Source: Vicinamibacteria bacterium (GTDB lineage: Bacteria; Acidobacteriota; Vicinamibacteria; Marinacidobacterales; Marinacidobacteraceae). Taken from it: DNA of 64,000 nucleotides. The notes beneath the pieces are model-generated. The model saw nothing but the letters and a program-made list of their open reading frames with translations, made no database searches and was not told where the DNA came from. Where the stretch lies: NCBI GenBank assembly GCA_964291235.2, contig OZ219815.1, positions 1,152,001 through 1,216,000 on the forward strand, in the 5' to 3' direction. Shown here piece after piece: positions 1-9,670 of the stretch; the stretch's first letter is position 1, and each line of letters begins with the position of its first letter. The translations under genes were made by a program, and so were the position numbers.

Positions 1-977
1 GTGAGCGGCCAATAGACCCGGAAGAAGGACTGGCGGCGGTTCGCGCCGAGTGACGACGCGGCCCGCATGAAGTGCGGCGGGATCGTGCGCATCACCGAAT
101 AGAGCGGCAGCACCATGAACGGCAGCAGCACGTGGGTCATCGCGACCAGCGTGCCGGTCATGTTGTAGATCATCGCGATCCGGCCGTCGTCGCCGATCAC
201 GCCGAGGGCCACCAGCAGGCTGTTCAGGACCCCGTGGGTCTGGAGCAGGACGATCCAGGCGGTGGTGCGGACCAGCAGCGAGGTCCAGAAGGGGACGAGC
301 ACCAGGAGGAGTAGCCAGCGGGCGCGTGTCGGCGGGGCGTTCGCGATCAGGTGGGCGATCGGGTAGCCGAGCAACAGGCAGAGCAAGGTCACTGCGGCAC
401 TCACCATCAGTGTGCGGAGGAGCAGCGGGACGTAGATGCGGAGCTCTTCGGGCTGGCGGATGACGGATCCACCGGCATCCCGGTCGAGATCCAGCGCGCG
501 CAGGTAGTGGCGGAGGGTGAAGCGTTCGCCGGCGGCCCGCACCGCTCGCCAGGTCGCGGGTTCGCCCCATTCCGGGTGCCCCCCGATCAGGGTGTCGCGC
601 GCAGACGCCGCCGGAGCCTCCGCCGCCGCCCGCGCCCCGCGGACGATCACGCTCCGCATCCCGCTCGCCACCCGGTTCACCCGCCCCCCCAGCCTCCCGG
701 CGAGCCGGTCGTCGAGTGCGCTCTCGAGTTCCCGGGCGGCGGCGGCGAACACCGGCTCACCGGGCAGGTTCTCCCCGTCCCACTCTCGGAGGAGCGCCAG
801 CGTTTCCGGGAGCGTGTCCGCCACCAAGGGGTCGTACACGCTGCGGGACAGCATCGTGCCGAGCGGGAACAGGAAGGACACCCCCACGAAGGCGACAAGC
901 GGCAGAGCGAGTCCCGCCGCCCGCAGCCGCGCCCGGACGGGCGGCGCCACGCCCTGCTTTCCGGTCTCTTCCGTCAT
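1..977 (-). CDS. Polyamine/opine-type ABC transporter permease (PotB-like), runs off the left window edge
   Basis: Manual minus-strand translation from ATG 977 (ATGA overlap with the upstream SBP stop) gives [10 protein letters not shown]...[19 protein letters not shown] and near the edge [47 protein letters not shown], the EAA-loop region. Not in the ORF track because it has no stop in the window. Confidence 0.9.
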   Translation of the reverse strand, partial: [325 protein letters not shown]

Positions 978-2068
978 CGTGCCAGCCAGGCGCTGAAGCG
1001 CTCGTTGACCTCGTCGAGGTTGTCGGTCCACCAGAGCGTGTCGCTCGTGAGGACCCGTCCGATGTTCTGCGGGCTGGTGGGCAGGTGCGGCAGCATGGGA
1101 ACGCCGGTCTCACGGTGCGTCGTGACGAGCGGCAGCGCCGAGCGCCGGGTGGGGCTGTACGCAATCTCACCGGTGAGCCGCGCCATGGACTCGGCCGTCG
1201 AAGAGAAGCGCAGGAACTCCAGGGCGCTCTCCAGATTGGGGGTTCCGGCCACGATCCCGGTCTGGCCGATGTCGAGCACCTGGCCGTCCCAGACGATCAC
1301 GAACGGTTGGTTTTCGAGCACCTGGGCGTTGAAGATCCGCCCGTTGTAGGCGGTGGACATCACCACCTCGGCGTCCGCGAGCATCTGCGGCGGCTGGGCG
1401 CCGGCCTCCCACCAGACCACCTGATCCCGGATCGTCTCCAGCTTGCGGAACGCCCGGTCGATGCCTTCATCGGTGTCGAGGACGGCGTACACCTCGTCCG
1501 TCGCCACTCCATCCGCCATCAGGGCAAACTCCAGGTTGACCAGCGGGCTGCGTCGCATGCCGCGGCGTCCGGGAAAACGCTCCAGATCGAAGAAGTCCCC
1601 GATCACCGCCGGGGCCTCGCCGGCGAAGCGGTCCGGGTGGTAGGCGATCACCGTGGAATAGAAGACCGTGCCGACTCCGCAGTCGGTGACCGTTTCCGGC
1701 CAGAAGTCCTCGGCAGCGGGTGACCCGTCGGCGCCGGGCCCCAGCAGGTCGTCGGGGATCAGTTCCAGGAGTCCTTCGTCGCACCCCCGCGTGGCATCGA
1801 ACATTTCGAGGTCCACGAGGTCCCAGTGGACGTTCCCGGTGTCCACCTGGGTGCGGATCTCGGCGAGGCCGCCGTTGTAGTCCTCCCGGGCGAGAGTCAG
1901 CCCGGTGGTGGTTTCAAACGGCTCGTAGTGGGCCTTCGTGACCGCCCGCGCGTAGGCGCCGCCCCAGGAGACGACCGTCAGCGAGCCCGGCCCGGAGGTG
2001 ACGGGACCGCACGCCGTGCCCGCCAGGAGCACGGCGAAAGCGGCCGTCCGGCGCCCGATCCGCATCAT
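974..2068 (-). CDS. ABC transporter substrate-binding lipoprotein (PotD/PotF-like), copy 1
   Basis: C-terminal part of ORF 974..2776. Start MMRIGRR at 2068 overlaps the upstream stop. Lipobox-like GTAC; LTVVSWGGAY and WWEAGAQPPQML motifs. Confidence 0.9.
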   Translation of the reverse strand: MMRIGRRTAAFAVLLAGTACGPVTSGPGSLTVVSWGGAYARAVTKAHYEPFETTTGLTLAREDYNGGLAEIRTQVDTGNVHWDLVDLEMFDATRGCDEGLLELIPDDLLGPGADGSPAAEDFWPETVTDCGVGTVFYSTVIAYHPDRFAGEAPAVIGDFFDLERFPGRRGMRRSPLVNLEFALMADGVATDEVYAVLDTDEGIDRAFRKLETIRDQVVWWEAGAQPPQMLADAEVVMSTAYNGRIFNAQVLENQPFVIVWDGQVLDIGQTGIVAGTPNLESALEFLRFSSTAESMARLTGEIAYSPTRRSALPLVTTHRETGVPMLPHLPTSPQNIGRVLTSDTLWWTDNLDEVNERFSAWLAR

Positions 2069-3174
2069 GACTTCACGAGCCAGGCGCTGAAGCGCTCGTT
2101 CATTTCGTCGAGATGCTCGGTCCACCACGCGACGTCGCTGCGCAACACGCGGCGGAGGTTCGCGGGACTCGTGGGGAGATGCGGCAGCATGTCCGTTCCG
2201 GTTTCCACGTGGGTGGAGACGAGCGGCAGAGCCGACCGGCGCACCGGGCTGTAGGCGATGTGGCCCGCGAGCCGGGCGAGGGACTCCGGCGACGTGATGA
2301 ACCGGATGTATTCGAGCGCGGTGTCGAGGTTTGGGGATCCGGCGACGATGACCATCTGTCCGCCGTCCAGCACCTGCCCGTCCCAGACGATGACGAAGGG
2401 CTGGTTCTCGAGGACCTGCGCGTTGAAGATCCTCCCGTTGTAAGCGGTGGACATCACCACCTCGGCGTCCGCAAGCATCTGCGGCGGCTGGGCGCCGGCT
2501 TCCCACCAGACGACGTCGTCCCGGATGGTGTCCAGTTTGCCGAAAGCGCGCCGCAGTCCCTCCGGGGTATCCAAAGCGGCGTACACCTCCTCGGGCGGGA
2601 CGCCGTCGGCCAGGAGCGCGAACTCCAGGTTCACGAGGGGGCTGCGGCGCATGCCGCGACGGCCGGGAAAGCGTTCCAGATCGAAGAAGTCCGCGATGGT
2701 GGCCGGCTTTCGGTCCGGAAAGCGATCCGGGTGATAGGCGTAGATGGTCGAGTAGAAGGTGTGTCCCACCCCGCACTCGGTGAGGGTGCCGGGCCAGAAG
2801 TCCTCCTCCGCCGCGGTGCCATCGGCGCCGGGCACGAGGATTTCCCGGGGAATCCGTTCCAGCAGTCCCTCGTCGCAGCCCCGGATCGCGTCGAAGATCT
2901 CAAGCGAGAGCACGTCCCAATGGACGTTGCCGATGTCCACCTGCGTGCGGACCTGGGCGAGTCCTCCGTTGTAATCCTCCCGGCCGATCACCACCCCGGT
3001 CGTCGCCTCGAAAGGTTCGTAGTACGCCTTGTTCACCGCCCGGGCGAAGGAGCCGCCCCAGGAGACGGCGGTCAGTGTGCCGTTCGGAGAATCGCCGGCG
3101 CAGGCCACCGCGGCCATCAGACCCAGGAAGGCGAGCGGCGGCAGCGCGCTCCGGCCGCGGCCCTCGTCGCTCAC
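2065..3174 (-). CDS. ABC transporter substrate-binding lipoprotein (PotD/PotF-like), copy 2
   Basis: GTG 3174 overlaps the ATPase stop. AVAC lipobox, LTAVSWGGSF. Close paralogue of copy 1. Confidence 0.9.
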   Translation of the reverse strand: MSDEGRGRSALPPLAFLGLMAAVACAGDSPNGTLTAVSWGGSFARAVNKAYYEPFEATTGVVIGREDYNGGLAQVRTQVDIGNVHWDVLSLEIFDAIRGCDEGLLERIPREILVPGADGTAAEEDFWPGTLTECGVGHTFYSTIYAYHPDRFPDRKPATIADFFDLERFPGRRGMRRSPLVNLEFALLADGVPPEEVYAALDTPEGLRRAFGKLDTIRDDVVWWEAGAQPPQMLADAEVVMSTAYNGRIFNAQVLENQPFVIVWDGQVLDGGQMVIVAGSPNLDTALEYIRFITSPESLARLAGHIAYSPVRRSALPLVSTHVETGTDMLPHLPTSPANLRRVLRSDVAWWTEHLDEMNERFSAWLVKS

Positions 3175-4280
3175 GGCTGCGCGGAGTCGGGCTCGTGATC
3201 GAGCGCCCGGCAATCGGTGGGCGTCCAGCCGATGCGCACCCGGTCTCCGGGAATCACGGCGCCGTGGCCGACGATGTTCGGGATCTTCACGATGAAGTCG
3301 TCCATCCCCAGCACGCTGACCACGACCCGCAGGTGGTCGCCGAGGAAGGTCAGATCCTCCACCCGGGCCTCGAACTCGTTGGCGTAGAGGCCGGACTCGG
3401 GCGCCAGCCGGACCCGCTCGGGCCGGATGGACAGGGTGGTCGGGTCTCCGACTGCCTGCGGCACCACCCGGAGAGCCTGGATCACGCTGGCCCCCACCCG
3501 CACGTCGCAGACGGCGCCGTCAATGCCCTCGATCCGCCCGGAAATCCGGTTGTTCTCTCCGATGAAGCGGGCCACGAAGTTCCGCATCGGCTCTTCGTAA
3601 AGCCCCTCCGGCGTGGCGATCTGCTGGAGACGCCCGTCGTGGAACACCGCCACCCGATCCGAGAGCACCATGGCTTCCTGCTGGTCGTGGGTCACGTAGA
3701 TGCAGGTGATCCCGAGCGTCCGCTGGATGCGCCGGATCTCGTACTGCATCTCCTCGCGGAGGCGCCGGTCGAGGGCGCCGAGCGGTTCGTCCATGAGCAC
3801 GAGGTCGGGCTCGAAGACGAGGGCGCGGGCGATCGCGACGCGTTGCTGCTGGCCCCCCGAGAGCTGGGTGGTCTTGCGGTTCTCGTACCCCTCGAGTTGG
3901 ACCAGGGCCAGGGCGCGCTCGACCCGCCGGCGCCGGTCCTCGGATCCGACGCGCCGCACCTCAAGGGGAAAGGACAGGTTCTGCCCGACGGTCAGGTGCG
4001 GGAACAGCGCGTAGTTCTGGAAGACCATCCCGATGCCCCGGCTGCGCGGGGGGAGGTCGCCGATGAGGCGTCCGCGGATCCGGATGGAGCCCGCGGTCGG
4101 CGCCTCGAAGCCGGCCAGCATCATCAGGCAGGTGGTCTTCCCGGACCCCGAAGGTCCGAGCAGCGTCAGGAACTCGCCCTTCCGGACCTGGAGATCCAGC
4201 CCGGCCACGACCGGGGTTACCCCGTCGTACGTCTTCGAGACCCCTTCGAACTCCACGTAGGTGGCATCGTCCGGTGTCAC
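3171..4280 (-). CDS. ABC transporter ATP-binding protein (PotA-like, TOBE domain)
   Basis: Walker A GPSGSGKT, signature LSGGQQQR, Walker B LMDEP, YVTHDQ. GGAGG RBS precedes GTG 4280. Confidence 0.93.
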   Translation of the reverse strand: MTPDDATYVEFEGVSKTYDGVTPVVAGLDLQVRKGEFLTLLGPSGSGKTTCLMMLAGFEAPTAGSIRIRGRLIGDLPPRSRGIGMVFQNYALFPHLTVGQNLSFPLEVRRVGSEDRRRRVERALALVQLEGYENRKTTQLSGGQQQRVAIARALVFEPDLVLMDEPLGALDRRLREEMQYEIRRIQRTLGITCIYVTHDQQEAMVLSDRVAVFHDGRLQQIATPEGLYEEPMRNFVARFIGENNRISGRIEGIDGAVCDVRVGASVIQALRVVPQAVGDPTTLSIRPERVRLAPESGLYANEFEARVEDLTFLGDHLRVVVSVLGMDDFIVKIPNIVGHGAVIPGDRVRIGWTPTDCRALDHEPDSAQP

Positions 4281-4374
4281 GAGCACCTCCTTACTTGCGC
4301 TGGCGGCGGTGACGATACCGCACGCCCTGTCACTTACAGGCTGTCGACTCCTTCGCCGCGGCGACAATAGGCAA

Positions 4375-4722
4375 ATGAAAGCTCGCGCCCGATTCGGAGA
4401 TGTTCTCGAAGCGATTGTCCGGAGCCTCCGCGCGAACCCCGAGGCCGCCGAGCTGGCGCCGGAACTTCGCCGGCTCTCGGAGGAAATCCAGGCTCTTTCG
4501 CCCTCGCAGCCGTTCGTCGAAGGCTTCGAGCGTGCCTACCGCGTTACCGACAGCGCGCACTACGGGGGCGCGCCGCTCCTCGGTCTGGCCGCGGAGATGA
4601 TCGCGGACCACGCTCCGGACTCCGGTTGGAGCCGGGACCAGTTGGTGGCCTACCTGGAGGGACTCGGCCCGGCCCGCGCCGCGGAGTTTCTGACGGAAGT
4701 GGCGGCGGCGATCGGGGTTTAG
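4375..4722 (+). CDS. Hypothetical helical protein
   Basis: ATG 4375 (MKARARFGDVLEAIV), protein-like composition, fills the gap between flanking genes. No family recognised. Confidence 0.6.
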   Translation: MKARARFGDVLEAIVRSLRANPEAAELAPELRRLSEEIQALSPSQPFVEGFERAYRVTDSAHYGGAPLLGLAAEMIADHAPDSGWSRDQLVAYLEGLGPARAAEFLTEVAAAIGV

Positions 4723-5237
4723 CGTCCCGGCTGGCGGAGGTTCTTCACCGGCTGCGGATCATCCCCGGCCGGCGTGTTGTGCTGCATGATGATCTGCCAT
4801 CGGCCGTCGGAGTGGATGTAGGTCATCGTGTAGCGGCCTTCGTGGACGGTCATCCGCTCCTTCCCGTCGTAGAGGACGGAGAGTGCGTATGCGCCGTAGG
4901 CGATCCCGGTCCCGCCGATGACCCGGTACTGCTGATTGCTGGTCAGGAATTCGGCGCCGGTCGTGTTGTTGAAGAACAGGTTCCAGTCGATGGCGCACGC
5001 CTCGCGGCCCTGCTTGCCGGACGTGGGGCCGCAGGCATAGAAGGAGAGCGCCTCGTCGTGGACGGTGTCCAGGAAGCCGTCGAGATCCCCGCCGTTGAGC
5101 GCGGTCACCGCGGTCTCGAAGGTGGCCTGCAGCGAGGCGACGTCGGCGACGTCGCTTTCACCGGCAAGAGCGCCGGGGGCGGCGACAAGACCGAGACCCA
5201 GGAGCGAGAGCGCGAGGCAGCGGATTGAATTCGTCAT
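4719..5237 (-). CDS. Secreted NTF2/SnoaL-like (DUF4440-type) protein
   Basis: Signal peptide MTNSIRCLALSLLGLGLVAAPGALA; ALNGGDLDGFL and GRYTMTYIHSDGRWQIIMQHNT are typical of the NTF2 fold. Confidence 0.8.
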   Translation of the reverse strand: MTNSIRCLALSLLGLGLVAAPGALAGESDVADVASLQATFETAVTALNGGDLDGFLDTVHDEALSFYACGPTSGKQGREACAIDWNLFFNNTTGAEFLTSNQQYRVIGGTGIAYGAYALSVLYDGKERMTVHEGRYTMTYIHSDGRWQIIMQHNTPAGDDPQPVKNLRQPGR

Positions 5238-5353
5238 GGTGGCTGTGTCCCTCGGCGGCGAAGGGTACGTCAAACGGCCAGGGTCGCGATCTTCGCGACC
5301 ACAACCCGGGTTTCCGCCCGCTGAGGTCAGCGCCCTGACGCCAGCCGGTTACG

Positions 5354-6100
5354 TCAGGCCGGCGGCAAGCCGGCCATGGGTCCAGCGCCACACGACGTCG
5401 CGCAAACCGTGGCCCGCGGGGAGTTCCCGAGCTTCTTGCCCAGCACGGTGCAGATCGCGCCCGGTGTGTCGCAGGACCGGCCGCTGGGAAGAGAGATCGT
5501 GATGTCCTGGACCCGGGTCGGGAGGACCGTAATCGTCCAGTGCTGGTTGCTCGGCGGTGCGATCCGCCTCGCCTCGACGACCCGTGCGTTCGCGACCTCG
5601 AACGCACCGGCGTCCCGTAACGTCACGTAGCTCAACGGCAGCGGTTCGGTGAAGTGCAGTTCGAAGGTGAAGAAGTTGCCGTCGTGCGTTCCCGGCAGGC
5701 CGGTGAAGCTCGCGGTCAGCGGCTTCGGTCCGCAGAGAACATTTCGGGCCGTCTCCTTGTCGAATGCCGGCTTGCCGATCCGGGGACGCAGGTCCTCGAT
5801 GACGTTCAGGAACCAGTCGTCCTCACAGGGAAGACGTCCGGCTGCCAGTTTCTCGAGCACCTCGTGATCCCCGTAGAGCATGACGTTCGCCCTCGCCTCG
5901 ATCATGCCGTAGAGATCGCTATCCGAAATGCTCTGAGCCAGGCTCGACACATAGCCCTCGTAGGCAGTGGAGAGCCGCGAGTATTCGATCCGGGACTCGA
6001 CCGCCCGCTGGGAACCGCAAAACCCCACCATAGAACCAAAGATGGCCCCAGTCATACCCAACAAAGCAGAAAGAACGTTCTTTCGAATACGTGACGCCAT
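5354..6100 (-). CDS. Hypothetical membrane-anchored protein with a C-terminal beta-sandwich surface-protein module
   Basis: N-terminal hydrophobic segment. The C-terminal PLTASFTGLP..HDG..FTFELHFTE..LSYVTLRD..F.V....V..ARR...SNQHWTITV.P....ITISLP..RSC...GAICT module has a Cys pair. Confidence 0.65.
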   Translation of the reverse strand: MASRIRKNVLSALLGMTGAIFGSMVGFCGSQRAVESRIEYSRLSTAYEGYVSSLAQSISDSDLYGMIEARANVMLYGDHEVLEKLAAGRLPCEDDWFLNVIEDLRPRIGKPAFDKETARNVLCGPKPLTASFTGLPGTHDGNFFTFELHFTEPLPLSYVTLRDAGAFEVANARVVEARRIAPPSNQHWTITVLPTRVQDITISLPSGRSCDTPGAICTVLGKKLGNSPRATVCATSCGAGPMAGLPPA

Positions 6101-6288
6101 CTCGTTGCCTGAAGCCTACCTCGGCGTTCTGTCCGTTGACGGTCCCGTGATACTGGGGAATTGTGGGGAACGACGCTTGGGTTCGAGTGCGCTACGATGC
6201 CTGAAGTAACAAATGTTCTGTGTGTGATTGGGTTTCAGATCAGTTTCGGGGTGGTCGTTCGGTGGCGCCACTTGTGGAGGGGGCCGTG

Positions 6289-7482
6289 ATGAAGGGACGT
6301 CTCGAGGTTTGGGTAGGGAGGATCGGTGCCCGAGCGGGGCGTGTCGTGCTGGTGGCGGCGTTGGCCGCAACTCCCACCGGGCTGGCGGCGGAGGACGGTC
6401 CGCGTTCCGCCGCCGGCCCGGGTGGTCCAGCGAGCCGGGTGGCGAAGTCCGCGTCGCAGTTGCCGCCGGAAATCGAATTCGACCGGTTCCTGATACAGGC
6501 CCACCATGCCGTGGAGGATGGGGATGCCGAAGCCGCGCGGTCGGCGATGGAGCGGGTCCTGGCGCTCCAGGAGGAGCACGGGATGGAACCGGCGCTGGAA
6601 GACCATTTCCGCTGCGCGCAGGCCTGGCAGTTGGCCGGAGAGCCACAACGCGCCCTGGTCGCGGTGACCACCTATCTCCAGTTGCTGGGCCGGGACGCGC
6701 CGCACTACCGGGAGGCTCTCCGCCTGCTGAACGAGATCGAGGACGCCACCCGCCGGTCCGCGGCGGACTCGTCCGCACGCTCCGGTGATTCGGATCCACC
6801 CGGCCCCGACCCGGTGGGGCCGGCCGGGATGGAGTTCGAATGGATTCCGCCGGGGACGTTCCGCATGGGCTCCGGGAGTTCGGAGGCCTTCGAAGACGAA
6901 CAGCCGCCGACGCGGGTGCGGATCAGCCGGGGGTTCTGGCTTGGGAAGTACGAGGTGACACAGGCCGAGTGGGAGGCGGTGATGGGTTCAAATCCGTCGT
7001 CGTTCAGGGGGTGTGGGCACTGCCCGGTGGAGGAGGTGTCCTGGAACGACGTGCAGGACTTCATTTCCCGGGCGAACGGAAAGGAAGGGAGGGAGGTGTA
7101 CCGGCTACCGACCGAGGCGGAGTGGGAATACGCGGCGCGCGCCGGGACGACAGGGGACCGCTACGGGGACCTCGACGCCATTGCCTGGTACGGCGGGACC
7201 AGTGGCCGCCGGACGCATCCGGTGGGGGGGAGAGCGGCGAATGCGTGGGGGCTCCATGACGTGTTGGGGAACGTCGTCGAGTGGGTGGCGGACTGGTACG
7301 GCGACTACCCGGGCGGGTCCGTGACGGATCCGCAGGGACCCGGATTCGGCCCGGGCCGGGTGATTCGGGGCGGGTGCTGGGTCGGCGCCGCCAGGCACTC
7401 CCGGACGTCGAATCGCAACGTCAGTCCCCCTGACGTCCGCTACGACTTCCTGGGCTTCCGCCTGCTGAGAACCGCGCCCTGA
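6289..7482 (+). CDS. Secreted TPR-like + formylglycine-generating-enzyme (SUMF1/FGE-sulfatase, C-type lectin fold) domain protein
   Basis: IPPGTFRMGS, GKYEVTQAEW, YRLPTEAEWEYAARAG, NAWGLHDVLGNVVEWVADW, RVIRGGCW and LGFRL motifs. Helical N-terminal region follows a signal peptide. Confidence 0.9.
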   Translation: MKGRLEVWVGRIGARAGRVVLVAALAATPTGLAAEDGPRSAAGPGGPASRVAKSASQLPPEIEFDRFLIQAHHAVEDGDAEAARSAMERVLALQEEHGMEPALEDHFRCAQAWQLAGEPQRALVAVTTYLQLLGRDAPHYREALRLLNEIEDATRRSAADSSARSGDSDPPGPDPVGPAGMEFEWIPPGTFRMGSGSSEAFEDEQPPTRVRISRGFWLGKYEVTQAEWEAVMGSNPSSFRGCGHCPVEEVSWNDVQDFISRANGKEGREVYRLPTEAEWEYAARAGTTGDRYGDLDAIAWYGGTSGRRTHPVGGRAANAWGLHDVLGNVVEWVADWYGDYPGGSVTDPQGPGFGPGRVIRGGCWVGAARHSRTSNRNVSPPDVRYDFLGFRLLRTAP

Positions 7483-7501
7483 GCGGGTGGCGCGCGGACC
7501 C

Positions 7502-9670
7502 TCAGAACGCCTTCAGCCAGGTCAGCTTGGCCACCGCCGTCCGCCGCGTCCAGGGATCGAGCCGCGGGTCGAGCGTGTCGTCGGTGATGTACCCGGTGTC
7601 GAGCACGAGGAACAGGTCGCTCCCGGGGGTGTGGATCCAGTCCACCCGGATGTTGGCCTGGAGTTCCTTCGAGAGGTTGTCCCACTGCACGAAAGCGCCG
7701 GCGAACAGCTTGCGGCTGACCGCGCCCTGGACGTTCACGCCGACCAGCGTGGTGGTGAAGTCGCCGTCCGGCACCGGCAGGGAGATCTCGTTGCGCGAGA
7801 CGTCGGCGCCGATGGTGAGGTGCGGACCGGTCTTGAGGCTGACCCCGCCCCGGACTTCGCTCCGATCCCCACCCCAGAAGCTCCCGGTGGACCCGAAGAC
7901 AGTGCCGGACAACACCCGGCTGTCGTTGGTTCGGGCACCCAGCGCGAAGGAGGTGAAACGGTAGTCCCCCGGGCTCAACACCCGGCCGCTGATCGAGGCC
8001 GGGCCGTGCAGCCGTTCGAACCGGCTGGTCCAGTCGAACGCGACGGTCTCTCCCGACTCGAAGACGAATCCCAGGCTGGACCCCGCCCGGCGGGATTGCA
8101 GTTCGCCGTCCGTTCCCAGAATCCGCTCCCCGCCAACCCGGACCCAGGAGCTTCGCGCCCAGTCGCTCGCCTCGAAGCGGGGCGTGAAGGCGGTCCAGAC
8201 GTTCCACTGGTCCTGGTCGCGCCGGCGGACGAAGCCGAGCGCCGGGTCGAACGCCTTCCCGACGTGGGTGCGCTGGACCCGCAGGCCGTAGCGGTCGTTC
8301 TGCAGTTCGAGTTCCGCCCGTCCGGCGGACGTCCCCTCCTGGTTTGCAGCGGCCTGTGAGTCCCAGACGCGCGCTCCCCACATCCGGAGCTGGGAACTGC
8401 CCCAGAAGCGGGTCACGAAGTCGGCGCCGGCCGTGCGGTTGCTCGTTCCCCCGGCGTCGAGGCTGGTCCCGATCATGCCCACCGTGGTGCGCTCGTGCAG
8501 GTTCGCCTGGAGCCGCACCACCGAGTTCCAGGCGCCGGCGTCTTCTGCGGGGAGGCGGCTCTCGGTGCGCAGGGCGAGCGCCCCGACGGAGATGGGCCCC
8601 GCCTGTCCGGTCAGCCGGCCGCCGCCGAGGATGTCGTCCTCGAGCCCGATCCGGCGGCTGAAGAAGACCTCGGTTTCCTGGGTCGTTCCGAACTCGAAGA
8701 GGCCGGCCCGCTCGAGGAAGAACTCGCGCTTTTCCGGGAAGAAGAGATCGAACCGGGTGAGGTTGATCTGGACGTTGTCGGTTTCCACCTGGGCGAAGTC
8801 GGTGTTCCAGGTCAGGTCGAGGGTCAGGTTCGAGGTCAGCCCGTACTTCAGGTCGAGACCGCCCGTGGACTCGCGTTCGAAGCCGTCCTGTCCGCCCTGC
8901 GCCTGGGCGCCGAGGTTGGCGTAGGGCTTCACCTCGAGGCGGTGCCCCCGGCGCACGTCCTTCAGCCCGGTGAGCGTCGCGTATTGGGAGGCCTGGGCGA
9001 CTCCTCCCTTGTAGTCCTGGCCGATGTGCGGCCAGACCGCCGTTTCGTTCTTGCGCCGGATCGTGCGGGAGAACGCGATCCCCATGACGGGCTCCTCGAC
9101 ATCCGCGAAGCGGATGGTGGTGAACGGGATCTCCATCTCCAGCACCCAGCCGTCCTCGTTCACGGTGGTCTCGGTGGTGAAGACGCCGTCCCAGTTCCAG
9201 TCCGGGCGGTCGAGGCTCTCGTCGGCGAAGAGCGCATCATCTTGGGTGCCGAGCGCGCCGATCTCGAAGATGTAGCCGTTCCGGCGGTCGAAATAGGTGT
9301 CGAGCCCGATGATCACGCGGTCGTCCTTGTCGATCCGGCCTCCCCGCTGCAGGATGTCTCTCCGGATGCGGTCGGGCTCCGAATCGAAGAACGTGAAGCC
9401 GAAATAAAGGGCGTCCTCGTCGTAGGCGATCCGCACCTCCGTGCGCTCACTGGCCGGTGCGCCGTCCACCGGATCGCGCTGCTTGAACCCGGTGACCGGG
9501 GCGATGGCCGCCCAGAAGGGCTCGTCGAGCACCCCGTCGATCCGGGGCGGCGTCTCGATGCGGACGGCGCGCGCCTCGCGCTCCTGCCCCGCCGCCGTGA
9601 CGCCCAGCCCGAGGCCCAGCAGGAGCAGTGCTCCCGCTCCGCCCCGCAGGGGGAGCGGTCGGTGGATCAG
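7502..9670 (-). CDS. CBM9-like + DUF5916 outer-membrane protein, copy 1
   Basis: PPRIDGVLDE, ERTEVRIAYD, LDLTWNTDFAQVE, LTRFDLFFPEKREFFLE, terminal Phe. Signal peptide begins near 9670; the start codon is uncertain (possibly CTG). Confidence 0.85.
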   Translation of the reverse strand: MIHRPLPLRGGAGALLLLGLGLGVTAAGQEREARAVRIETPPRIDGVLDEPFWAAIAPVTGFKQRDPVDGAPASERTEVRIAYDEDALYFGFTFFDSEPDRIRRDILQRGGRIDKDDRVIIGLDTYFDRRNGYIFEIGALGTQDDALFADESLDRPDWNWDGVFTTETTVNEDGWVLEMEIPFTTIRFADVEEPVMGIAFSRTIRRKNETAVWPHIGQDYKGGVAQASQYATLTGLKDVRRGHRLEVKPYANLGAQAQGGQDGFERESTGGLDLKYGLTSNLTLDLTWNTDFAQVETDNVQINLTRFDLFFPEKREFFLERAGLFEFGTTQETEVFFSRRIGLEDDILGGGRLTGQAGPISVGALALRTESRLPAEDAGAWNSVVRLQANLHERTTVGMIGTSLDAGGTSNRTAGADFVTRFWGSSQLRMWGARVWDSQAAANQEGTSAGRAELELQNDRYGLRVQRTHVGKAFDPALGFVRRRDQDQWNVWTAFTPRFEASDWARSSWVRVGGERILGTDGELQSRRAGSSLGFVFESGETVAFDWTSRFERLHGPASISGRVLSPGDYRFTSFALGARTNDSRVLSGTVFGSTGSFWGGDRSEVRGGVSLKTGPHLTIGADVSRNEISLPVPDGDFTTTLVGVNVQGAVSRKLFAGAFVQWDNLSKELQANIRVDWIHTPGSDLFLVLDTGYITDDTLDPRLDPWTRRTAVAKLTWLKAF

